Positions 56,015 through 64,000 of a stretch of 64,000 bases of DNA are shown one piece after another. Source of the stretch: an uncultured Planctomycetaceae bacterium (lineage in GTDB: Bacteria; Planctomycetota; Planctomycetia; Pirellulales; Thermoguttaceae); NCBI GenBank assembly GCA_964563135.1, contig CAZLWV010000002.1, positions 15,469 to 79,468 of the forward strand, in the 5' to 3' direction. The notes under the pieces are model-generated. The model was not told the DNA's origin. It did not search any database and worked only from the letters and a program-made list of their open reading frames with translations. Within the stretch, counting starts at the first letter, position 1, and the number at the start of each line of letters is the position of its first letter. Position numbers and translations under genes: made by a program.

Positions 56015-56562
56015 ATGGTCGGCTCGTGTCTGGCATCTCTCCTTGCGGCCACGGTCTTCCTGGTTTCTGGCGGACCGGCCGAAGAGCCTGGGCAACTGCG
56101 ATCCCATGGCGACTCCGCCTGTTGGCTCTGGGCGGGCAGCGTGTTCTGGCCGCCTGCCGCGGCATGTCGAATCCGGTGCTGGGCGGCAAGACCGTTCAGC
56201 TCCGCTGGTCGGACGACGGGGCGCGGACCTGGGGCCCGCCGCAGCAACTCACGTGGGTCTTCGGCCAGGCCCATGCCGACCTGGCTCGCCTGGTCAGCGA
56301 TACAATCGTTGCCGTCTATGAGAATCGCTACCCGGTAACGGAGCCGGATATCCGCGCCCACATCAGCCACGATCTCGGCAAGACCTGGGAGCCAAGGCTC
56401 TACATGCTGGCCGACGGCGTCGGATACGCCAGCAGCGTTGGACTGGCCGATGGCACGATCGTGACCGTGACCGGCGACGGCCAGACGACCGATGGCAAAC
56501 CGGTCGGACGCGGCTATACGCTGCAGGCCATCCGCTGGAAACCGACCTTAGAGCCGGAATAA
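56015..56562 (+). pseudogene. Truncated, frameshifted BNR/Asp-box (sialidase-like) gene remnant
   Basis: GGAGGAG plus the ATG at 56015 open a signal peptide (MVGSCLASLLAATVFLVSGG) in one frame. From about 56120 the protein-like sequence continues in another frame, with two Asp-boxes (SDDGARTW, SHDLGKTW). The total of ~180 aa is far shorter than a 6-bladed propeller. Confidence 0.4.
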
Positions 56563-56844
56563 CGCCTTGGAGCGTACCGCAGATCGACAACCCTCCGGAG
56601 CTCTCCAGGCCCGCTATGGGGCGGGCTGCTTTCAGGACGGGCCGGCGATGAAGCCGTTCGTGCCGGCCGTGTTGCGATCGTGGACGGAGAAGAGAGATCT
56701 GCAGGCAAACGGGACCGGCACCGGATGGCCCAGGTGGCCGGAATTGCCTGGCAAACGCAGTCGATGGTGGCTGGCTCTTCGGTTCGGCGGGCGGTATAAG
56801 GTGAGAGGCAGCGTTTCGTCCGGGACTGTGAAAGGTGGTGAACT

Positions 56845-57142
56845 GTGAGCATCCATCGGCGAAGATTCCTCGCAGCCGGTTGGACCGGCGGTACAGCAGC
56901 GACCGGGGACCGGTTTACCTTTCCTGCCGAGTCGGAGCCAACGGATCTGAACGATGCCAGGCTGGATGCGGTGCCTGATCGGCGCTATCGAGCAAGAGCT
57001 GTGTGCCAACGCCGTCGCGATCCAGTCCGTCGAGTTGCCGCACCACGGAGGTGTCTTTCCATGCCGGGTCTGGCCCAAGGACGGTGCGGGGGGATACTGG
57101 TGGCTCACGATACAAGAACGTCTGCGTGAAGGAGTGGAATGA
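56845..57142 (+). pseudogene. Tat-signal gene fragment (frameshifted or truncated)
   Basis: AAAGGTGGTGA plus the GTG at 56845 give MSIHRRRFLAAGWTGGTAAT (twin-arginine signal). After about 43 codons that frame turns Arg-rich and junk-like, while a second frame (56954-57142) stays protein-like. It ends at the start of the next gene. Confidence 0.3.
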
Positions 57143-60100
57143 TGACGTGGGTGAGAATGGGCTTTCTGTGCGCCGCAGCAGTTCTTGCGGCCGGTCCAGA
57201 TAGGGCGGGCGGTCAGGATTGGCCGGAGTGGTGCGGGCAACCCTCGCGCAACATGGCTGCCAAGAGTGGTCAGCGACTGCCGGAGTGGGCGGACTGCGCT
57301 TCTGACGACGATACTGACGAGGTGAAATTACCAGCGACCAAGAATGTCAAGTGGTTTGCCCGGCTCGGTCGTCTGACCACGGGCAGCCCAGTGGTGAGTC
57401 AGGGCAGAGTGTTCATTGGCACCACGTGGAAAGACGGCAAGGAGGCTTGCTTTCTATGTCTTGACGAACAGACAGGAAGGCCCCTGGGTACCTTCCTCTG
57501 TCCCCGGCCCGGCAGGGAGAATCTGGAGAACTGGGCGATCAGCTCAACTCCGACGATTGACGGCGATCGACTGTACTTTGTGAGCCCCCACCAGGAAGTC
57601 TTCTGCGTTGACCTGAATGTTCTTCTGGGCAGAGGCGGAGATGGGCGAGGGAAGGACGAGCCGCAGAGGCCCACAGAAGACAAGAGCTCTCTCGAACAAC
57701 TGGCCGTGAAGAGCATTCTCTGGCGATACGATCTGTTCGAGAAGCTCAAGGCATATTATCACCACACGGCAAGTTCCTCGGTTCTGGTCCACGGAGACTA
57801 TGTCTATGTCTGCACCGGTAACGGACGCTCCTGGATCCCGGGGAGGATCCCGTTCAGCCCGCTGACCCCCAGCCTGGTAGTGTTCCACAAGAGGACGGGA
57901 CAACTGGTGGCTCGCGACGACGAGCAGATCGGGGAGCAGCTCTACCGCGGACAATATGCATCTCCGTCCGCTGGCGTGGTGAATGGACGGACTCAGATCG
58001 TGTTTGCCACAGGAAACGGCGTCTGCTTTGGCTTTGAACCCGTTGACCCCGCAGCTGAAATCGCCTCCGACCGTTGGACGACCACGAGCCTGCGTGGTCC
58101 CATCGTGCACTTCATCGACGTGGAGGGGAAGGATACCGGCGGACTGTCCGCATTGGAATACGCCCAGTCCGTGGGTCTTCTTTCCAACATGCCCAAGCCG
58201 GCTCTTCCTCTGGAGTTCCGCTTCTCGCGGCAAGTTCCGGCCATGACGCCCATCGACACCATTCCGACGGCGACCGTGCCTAACGTGCCGCTGCTGAAGA
58301 AGATCTGGTGGTGCGACTGCATTCCCGCGGGCTACAAGAAACTGCCGTTTTTCCCCCGGCAGATCAAGGGGGATGGTCTCGGGCATCCGTGCGATATCAT
58401 CGGCACGCCGGTCTGCTGGAACAACCGGGTGTACGTGGCGATTGGCGGCGATCCAAATCACGGCGGAAGAGACAGCAAGGGAAGCGTCGTGTGCATTGAC
58501 GCAACCGGGACGGGCGACCTCACGGAGAAAGGCAAGATCTGGTCCTACAACGATCTGAACCAGAGCGTCTCCACCGTGGCGGTGGCCGACGGCCTGGTGT
58601 TTGTTGCTGACACGGCGCACATGGTCCATTGCCTGGATGCAGAGAGCGGCGAGTGCTACTGGACGTACTGCACGCACAAAGGCGGAACGTGTTTCAGTTC
58701 GCCGCTGGTGGCGGATGGGAAGCTGTATCTCGGGAAGACCATTCTGTCGGCGGGCAAGAAGCTGCAGGCGCTGGGCGGCATCCAGAACAGTCAGAGCACC
58801 GCCTACAGCAGCCATTGTGTCGCCAATGGAGTGGTGCTGGCCGTGATCGGCAGTCATCTCTGGGCGCTGTGCGACCAGGGAGACCGGAAGCCGACCGGCG
58901 CGGAGGTTGCTGCCGAACCCGCCCGACCGGTGGGCGGCCGGGAGCCTGCGGGAAACGTGGCTGCCATGCCGGATACATCCGTGGTGTCGACGGGTGCAAG
59001 GGACGCGATCCTGAGAAACTGGCCGAGTCTGCGGGGACCGTTCGGACACGGGATTGCGCGGCAGGCTACGCCGCCGATCGACTTTGATACGGCCGCCGGG
59101 AAAAACGTGCGCTGGAAGGCGCCCATTCCCAGGCCGGGCGCGAGTTCCCCGGTCGTGTGGGAGGGGCGGGTGTTTCTGACCGGTGCCGACGAGCAGGCCC
59201 GCGAGATCTACTGTTTCGACGCGGCCAACGGAAAGATGCTCTGGCGGCAGACGGCCGAACAGCCGCCGAAAATGCCCGAGGTGAGTGAGCCGTTCGGCCA
59301 TGCGGCGGCGACAGGCGCGACGGACGGGAAGCTCTTCTTTGCGATCTTTTCGACGGGCGACCTGCTGGCGGTCGACATGGACGGAGCGATTGCCTGGACA
59401 CGTGCGTTCGGCGCTGCGAAGACCAGCGATGGCTATGCCTCGTCGCTCATGGTCTCCAGGCACCTCTTCGTGCAGATGGACGACGGCGACATAGCGAGCC
59501 TCTACGCCCTCGACCCCGCGACGGGGAAGACGGTCTGGGAGAAGAAGCGAACGGTGAGGGAATCGTGGGCTTCGCCGATCGTCGTCGACTCGGGCGGTCG
59601 CGAAATCGTGGTGCTTGCCGAGAACCCCACGGCGAGTGCCTACGACGCCAGCACGGGCGAGGTGGTTATTTCCACGAAATGTCTTGGAGGCCAGGTGGCG
59701 CCTTCGCCGGCCTATGCCAAGGGGACGGTGCTGGTGGCCAACGATCAGGCAAAGCTCTCGGCCATATCGCTGGCCTCCGGCGCGGTCACATGGAGCGGCG
59801 AGGACGACCTTCCGGATGTGGCGAGCCCGTTGGCAACGGAGGACCTTGTTTTCACCGCCAGCTCCTCCGGCGTGGTGAACTGCTATGAGCTCGGCACGGG
59901 GCGGAAACTGTGGACCCACGAGTTCGACGAGTCCTTCTATCCTTCGCCGATCCTCGCCGAAGGCCGCGTCTACGCCGTCGACAACGGTGGTACGATGCAC
60001 GTCTTCCGGGCATCGAAGTCGTTCCAGCCGGTCGCCGATTCACGACTGGGCGAAGAATCGGTGGCCACACCGGCCTTCGCCGGCGACGCGATATTCATCC

Positions 60101-60144
60101 GCGGCAAGGAGAACCTGTACTGTCTGGGGGCGAAACGGCCGTGA
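57139..60144 (+). CDS. Secreted tandem PQQ-like (BamB-type) beta-propeller repeat protein
   Basis: AAGGAG plus ATG. Signal peptide MMTWVRMGFLCAAAVLAAG. Repeated motifs of the type VVxGRVFIGT / GxLxCLDAxTGxxxW occur in both halves. 1001 aa. Confidence 0.8.
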   Translation: MMTWVRMGFLCAAAVLAAGPDRAGGQDWPEWCGQPSRNMAAKSGQRLPEWADCASDDDTDEVKLPATKNVKWFARLGRLTTGSPVVSQGRVFIGTTWKDGKEACFLCLDEQTGRPLGTFLCPRPGRENLENWAISSTPTIDGDRLYFVSPHQEVFCVDLNVLLGRGGDGRGKDEPQRPTEDKSSLEQLAVKSILWRYDLFEKLKAYYHHTASSSVLVHGDYVYVCTGNGRSWIPGRIPFSPLTPSLVVFHKRTGQLVARDDEQIGEQLYRGQYASPSAGVVNGRTQIVFATGNGVCFGFEPVDPAAEIASDRWTTTSLRGPIVHFIDVEGKDTGGLSALEYAQSVGLLSNMPKPALPLEFRFSRQVPAMTPIDTIPTATVPNVPLLKKIWWCDCIPAGYKKLPFFPRQIKGDGLGHPCDIIGTPVCWNNRVYVAIGGDPNHGGRDSKGSVVCIDATGTGDLTEKGKIWSYNDLNQSVSTVAVADGLVFVADTAHMVHCLDAESGECYWTYCTHKGGTCFSSPLVADGKLYLGKTILSAGKKLQALGGIQNSQSTAYSSHCVANGVVLAVIGSHLWALCDQGDRKPTGAEVAAEPARPVGGREPAGNVAAMPDTSVVSTGARDAILRNWPSLRGPFGHGIARQATPPIDFDTAAGKNVRWKAPIPRPGASSPVVWEGRVFLTGADEQAREIYCFDAANGKMLWRQTAEQPPKMPEVSEPFGHAAATGATDGKLFFAIFSTGDLLAVDMDGAIAWTRAFGAAKTSDGYASSLMVSRHLFVQMDDGDIASLYALDPATGKTVWEKKRTVRESWASPIVVDSGGREIVVLAENPTASAYDASTGEVVISTKCLGGQVAPSPAYAKGTVLVANDQAKLSAISLASGAVTWSGEDDLPDVASPLATEDLVFTASSSGVVNCYELGTGRKLWTHEFDESFYPSPILAEGRVYAVDNGGTMHVFRASKSFQPVADSRLGEESVATPAFAGDAIFIRGKENLYCLGAKRP

Positions 60145-60481
60145 CCGGCAACGATTCTGCCTGCGGTCGACCGGACGCAGAGTCCGAGTGTCGAGGAAAT
60201 GACCGCCTCGATCGAGGAACTGGCCAGGTCGGCCCACTTGGCTGCACTCCCCAGTGTCTGGGCCGCCGTGTGGCCCTTCACGGCGGTCCAGGCCACTGTC
60301 GTGGGAAAAACCCCAGCGAACGACTCTCACAACCGCCTGCATATGCAGGCCGATTGGCAATCGATCGGCACGATGCAACTGTTCGTTTTTGTCTGGGTGA
60401 CGAGACTTTCGGCGTCGAACCTTCGAGTCGATCGCGTTCTCAGGGCCGAAGAAGCCGGATGTCTTGTCGGCAGCAACCAGG

Positions 60482-61846
60482 TCAGAACTCCCGCTGCGGG
60501 TTCGTGCCGGGTTGGGGGAGTGGGTACTTCTCACGGTCGCCCAGCGGCAACGGAGCCGGCGAATCCATCGTCAGCTTGTCGAGCCCCGGGGCGAACTCGT
60601 GATCGTGGTTGAGGGCCTCGTCCCAGGTGACAACGCGTCCGGTGTGGACGGCCATCCGCCCCATGATCTGGACCAGGCTGGCTTCCGCACCGCGCTTCGC
60701 CTCGTTGTGCGGCTTGTCCTGGCGGATCGCCTCGATCAGGTGGTCCCATTCCAGTTGGTAGGGGTCGGGTTCGGGTTGTGGGAAGGCCCACACCAGGTCG
60801 CTGTCGACGAAGTTGTGCCCCTTGTAGATGCGGCACTTGGCTGGCGTGTGCATGAAGGTGGAGATGACGGCCGACCCTTTCGTTCCGTGGGCGGAACTGG
60901 CGAACTTGCCGAAGCAACCATTCATGTTGCGGGCGTTCATGAAGAGGTTCGTGCCGTCGGCGAACGTGTATTCCACGGAGTAGTGGTCGAAGTTCTGGTC
61001 GACCATTCCCTCCCGGTAGCAGCGGCCGCCGGAGCCCTGGGCCGAAACCGGCCAGGCGCCTTTCATCCAGCAGCACTCGTCGATGTTGTGGCTCGTGTAG
61101 TCGTGCACCAGGCCGCCGCTGGCCCACATGAAGCTGAGATAGTTTCGGACTTGGTAGAGCAGCTCGCTCAGATCGTCCGGCTTGGGGCCGCAGAAACCGG
61201 CGGGAGCCACCAGACGGTAGGTCTTCATGTAGGTGATGTCGCCGATCTGGCCCGACTGGATCCGATCGAGAAGTTCCCAACGGGCCTTGCAGTGGCGGCA
61301 CATCAGGCCCACGCCGACCTTCAGGTTCTTCTTCTCCGACTGCTCGGCCAGAGCCAGCATCTTGCGGGTGCTGGGGCCGTCGACCGTGGTCGGCTTCTCC
61401 ATGAAAACGTGGATCCCCTTCTCGATCGCGAGGCCGAAATGTACCCACCGGAAGGCGCAGGGTGTTGTGAGCAGCACGACGTCGCCCGGGCGCAGGCAGT
61501 CCATTGCATGCCGGTAGGCGTCGAAGCCGAGGAACCGCCGCTCCTGCGGCACGTCGACCTGAGCGCCGAACAGCTTCTGCAGGTTCTGATGACTGGTTGT
61601 CAGACGCTGCTCGAATACGTCTGCCATGGCCACCAGCTTGATCGGGCCGCTCTTGGTCGACAGCGCGTCGGCCGCCGCGCCCGTTCCTCGGCCGCCGCAA
61701 CCGACCAGGGCCAACTGGATGGTGTTGTCCTCGGCGGCGTGGACGCGAGGAACCACAGCGGTTGCGAGCAGGGAGGCGGCTGCAACCCGGCTGCTGTGAC
61801 TCAAGAACTCGCGTCGCGAGGTTCCAGACTTGTTGGAACGGGTCAT
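60482..61846 (-). CDS. Tat-exported Gfo/Idh/MocA family oxidoreductase
   Basis: AGGAG plus ATG. Twin-arginine signal SRREFLSHSSRVAAASLLA. Rossmann LALVGCGGRGTGAA. Confidence 0.85.
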   Translation of the reverse strand: MTRSNKSGTSRREFLSHSSRVAAASLLATAVVPRVHAAEDNTIQLALVGCGGRGTGAAADALSTKSGPIKLVAMADVFEQRLTTSHQNLQKLFGAQVDVPQERRFLGFDAYRHAMDCLRPGDVVLLTTPCAFRWVHFGLAIEKGIHVFMEKPTTVDGPSTRKMLALAEQSEKKNLKVGVGLMCRHCKARWELLDRIQSGQIGDITYMKTYRLVAPAGFCGPKPDDLSELLYQVRNYLSFMWASGGLVHDYTSHNIDECCWMKGAWPVSAQGSGGRCYREGMVDQNFDHYSVEYTFADGTNLFMNARNMNGCFGKFASSAHGTKGSAVISTFMHTPAKCRIYKGHNFVDSDLVWAFPQPEPDPYQLEWDHLIEAIRQDKPHNEAKRGAEASLVQIMGRMAVHTGRVVTWDEALNHDHEFAPGLDKLTMDSPAPLPLGDREKYPLPQPGTNPQREF

Positions 61847-62159
61847 CTCATGGCTCCTGTGAAATCGAGGTAACGCGGTTGTCAGGTGGATTAGCAGGAA
61901 AGGTCGGCGGGGGATGGAGGTCGGGTTGATGGAAACCTGTTTGAGACGCTAAAAAAAAGCGCCGTTGCACATTCCTTCCCATGGTGGGGGGGGAATGAAG
62001 AGGCCTGGAAGATCGGCATTCCTGAGCCGCAAGGCCGACTTCTCACTGCCGGCTCCCGGCAGTCCCAACCGGCCTGCCCATGGCCACCAGATTAAGCGAC
62101 TCCCCCATTCGTTGCCAGCCATCCACCCGCTGTTGGGGTGCCGGTGCCGTGCCGTACTC

Positions 62160-62666
62160 ATGGAATGTGGCTGTGGTGACGATCGCGATGTCCGTCGTCA
62201 TTCCGTCCGGATCTTGACCTTCTCCCTTGCATTGAAAGACGAAGCAGAGGAAGCCCTGCTGACGCCGTCGCTCGACTGGGGCGGATGGGAAGTTCACCAT
62301 TGCAGTCCGCCGGCCGATCCGCAGCGTTACAGGGAAGTCGATGGCGTGCTCATGACTCATGCCTTCAACCGGGCCTACACGGTGGGTGCCCCCGAGACGT
62401 TTAAAGCCTTCCGCGGACCGGCGGGGCTGGCCATTGTGCGTCACTACGCGCTCAACGAGCACATGATGTTCGATCGGGAGGACAAAGAGCAAGTCGGCTA
62501 CTTCGTTGCCGACGTGGAACGTGCCGGTCCCTGTTGCATGCTGGGAGAGACCCGAGCGATGGCCAACGGGGATCCCCGCTGTATCGGCTACCTGGTCGGC
62601 AACAATTTCGCCCCCGGGTTTCCCGAGTCGAATGGACCAGCGTTTTCCGTTTTTCGATTTGCCTGA
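62160..62666 (+). CDS. Hypothetical protein, possibly the 3-prime part of a frameshifted gene
   Basis: Good third-position GC and protein-like sequence (RHYALNEHMMFDREDKEQVGYFVADVERAG...). The upstream part of the track ORF (61965-62159) is not protein-like. A different frame from the ATG at 62081 reads plausibly until about 62205. Confidence 0.35.
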   Translation: MECGCGDDRDVRRHSVRILTFSLALKDEAEEALLTPSLDWGGWEVHHCSPPADPQRYREVDGVLMTHAFNRAYTVGAPETFKAFRGPAGLAIVRHYALNEHMMFDREDKEQVGYFVADVERAGPCCMLGETRAMANGDPRCIGYLVGNNFAPGFPESNGPAFSVFRFA

Positions 62667-62705
62667 ACTTGTGTCGCGACACTGTCAAGACATCCAGTTC
62701 ACGAC

Positions 62706-64000
62706 TCACGGTTTCTTCGCCGCATCGCCGGGTATCTCCGGCCGAACCGGTTCTGGCGAGAAGGGCACGAACTGGAAGGAGTACAGGTCCGCATCGCGGA
62801 GCACAAACCGCAGTCGCACCGGCTTGCCGGCTACTGGCCGCACGTCGCCCCCCTTCTGCCATCGCACCACCAGCGCCGGATCGTCGCCGAACAACTCGCG
62901 GCAGTCGGCCAGGGTGTAGCCGGGAACAGGCTGGCCGGCTGCGTCCTGGATCTCCACCTGGATGCCCCCCGCGCCCGAAGTCGATGCGTTGAGCGCGAGA
63001 TTGCCGCCGTCGAACACCAATGGTCTGGTGAGCAGTTCGCCGCCGGCGGCGGAAGCCTGCAGCGAGACGAAGCCGTCGAGCCGCAATGCCAGTCTCCGGA
63101 AACTCACATCGGTCCCTTGCCAGTAGTCTTCCGAAGTGAAGAGCGACAGCTCGTTGGGCGCATTGCCGAGGGTCGAACGCGTTTCTACTATGCCCCAGAA
63201 GACGAGATTGTCGCCATACACCCAGGAACCCTGGCTCAGCGGCCCCGGGCGCAGGAAGGCCTCATTCCAGCGGTGGAACAGCACGCCGTCGCGGCTGGTC
63301 ATGAGCAGCCCATCGGTGATCGCCGTCCCGTAACGGGGGCTCGCCTTGGCTCGGGCCAGTCGTTCTTCCAGTCCCGGCAGATCCATCATCGATTCCGACC
63401 AACCCCGATCGGTATACCGCATCGGGAATCCCACAAAGATGTGCGGTGCCCGGTAGTAAGGCAGGATCTGGTTGGTGTAGAGCTGCTGGGGAGGCGAATC
63501 GACGTACTGGAGATCGGCCTGCCCCTCGAACGTCTGGAAATCCTTGGAGGTCGCGGTGCGGATGGCCCGGATCCCCGCCGGTTTCCACGTGGTGCCGTCG
63601 GCCACGCCTTCGGTGAAGATTCGCCAGTAGGCACGATACTCCTTGCGGACCGGATCCCAGAAGGCCAGGTTTTCTGAATCGAACGCTCCCTCGGTAATGC
63701 GGGGCTTGTCGCTGGCCACGCTGAAGTGGATGCCGTCGGGCGAGTGGAGCAGGTACAGCCCGTGAGGCTTGCCGACGATGACACACTTGTAGCGCGCGTC
63801 GGGCGGGCAATCGGGGTTGGCGTCTTTGAATACGGAGGTGTGGGCCGGATCCCCCTTGATCGCCGAGACGCTCTCGGGTGTGAGGATGATGTTGTTCTGT
63901 TTGGAGCCGTTGAACTCAAACAGCCCCAGTTCCGGCCGCCGCCAATGGATGCCGTCGTTGCTCTCGGCATAGCACAGGAACCAGGGATGTTCCGGAAGAG
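62706..64000 (-). CDS. Glycoside-hydrolase-like 5-bladed beta-propeller plus C-terminal beta-sandwich protein (5-prime partial, runs off the window)
   Basis: The track lists 62706-63719. My manual translation shows the frame stays open to position 64000 (...LPEHPWFLCYAESNDGIHWRRPELGLFEFNGSKQNNIIL...HSPDGIHFSVASDKP...). There are periodic SxDGxxW/F blade motifs (SNDGIHW, SPDGIHF, SKDFQTF, SRDGVLF). Confidence 0.75.
   Translation of the reverse strand, partial: LPEHPWFLCYAESNDGIHWRRPELGLFEFNGSKQNNIILTPESVSAIKGDPAHTSVFKDANPDCPPDARYKCVIVGKPHGLYLLHSPDGIHFSVASDKPRITEGAFDSENLAFWDPVRKEYRAYWRIFTEGVADGTTWKPAGIRAIRTATSKDFQTFEGQADLQYVDSPPQQLYTNQILPYYRAPHIFVGFPMRYTDRGWSESMMDLPGLEERLARAKASPRYGTAITDGLLMTSRDGVLFHRWNEAFLRPGPLSQGSWVYGDNLVFWGIVETRSTLGNAPNELSLFTSEDYWQGTDVSFRRLALRLDGFVSLQASAAGGELLTRPLVFDGGNLALNASTSGAGGIQVEIQDAAGQPVPGYTLADCRELFGDDPALVVRWQKGGDVRPVAGKPVRLRFVLRDADLYSFQFVPFSPEPVRPEIPGDAAKKP

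Noticed and set aside
60145-60481. ORFs in the convergent spacer after the PQQ gene (60199-60612 +, 60040-60534 -), plus the 12-bp palindrome CTGCATATGCAG.
   Set aside because: Neither ORF has an RBS, motifs or convincing composition, and they overlap the end of the oxidoreductase gene. The palindrome is isolated.
1-64000. CRISPR arrays, rRNA/tRNA genes, transposases, integrases, toxin-antitoxin or other defence-type genes.
   Set aside because: I found no regularly spaced repeats beyond the two-copy sites listed. There is no tRNA T-arm or acceptor pattern in any spacer, and no protein with nuclease, recombinase or defence-associated ATPase motifs other than the housekeeping uvrB.

Overview
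High-GC, gene-dense chromosomal window. It is most likely from a member of the Planctomycetota. That is an inference from two DUF1559 / prepilin-N-terminus proteins ([34 protein letters not shown]), a CRTAC1-type FG-GAP/UnbV protein, PQQ-like propellers and heme-motif FG-GAP proteins. All homology calls were made by eye from motifs, with no searches run. I support about 50 protein-coding genes, and I saw no rRNA, tRNA, CRISPR array, transposase or integrase.

Gene content in window order:
- A secreted VWA protein plus an OmpR-type two-component pair.
- A compact hdrC-hdrB-hdrA-mvhD-mvhG-mvhA module (heterodisulfide reductase plus F420-non-reducing-type [NiFe] hydrogenase). It lies behind a textbook sigma-54 promoter and is closed by an intrinsic terminator.
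- A second unit: hydrogenase endopeptidase, a stand-alone cNMP-binding protein, hypA, hypB and a glutamine amidotransferase.
- Housekeeping genes nadC, comEA-like and uvrB.
- An ECF sigma / anti-sigma pair.
- A flippase-like / GT2 / GT-C membrane glycosylation trio.
- Gfo/Idh/MocA oxidoreductases.
- pheS and pheT.
- A minus-strand block with two DUF1559 plus small-lipoprotein modules flanking a TPR-CRTAC1 pair.
- A divergent pair of heme-motif proteins (a TPR-diheme cytochrome c fusion and an FG-GAP propeller with CxxCH), followed by a kinase-like protein and a three-domain DsbD.
- purM, a cytochrome c-prime-like protein and glgX.
- A patch of apparently decayed genes.
- A 1001-aa tandem PQQ-like propeller.
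- A partial glycoside-hydrolase-like propeller gene that runs off the right edge and is not in the ORF track.

The most interesting item is the bacterial Hdr-Mvh module with its sigma-54 control region and the embedded cNMP-binding protein. Also worth a second look: an orphan intrinsic terminator with no ORF upstream (candidate sRNA or leader), the Cys/Gly-rich beta-barrel-like protein, and the DUF1559 / lipoprotein modules. The many long antisense ORFs in the track are high-GC artefacts.
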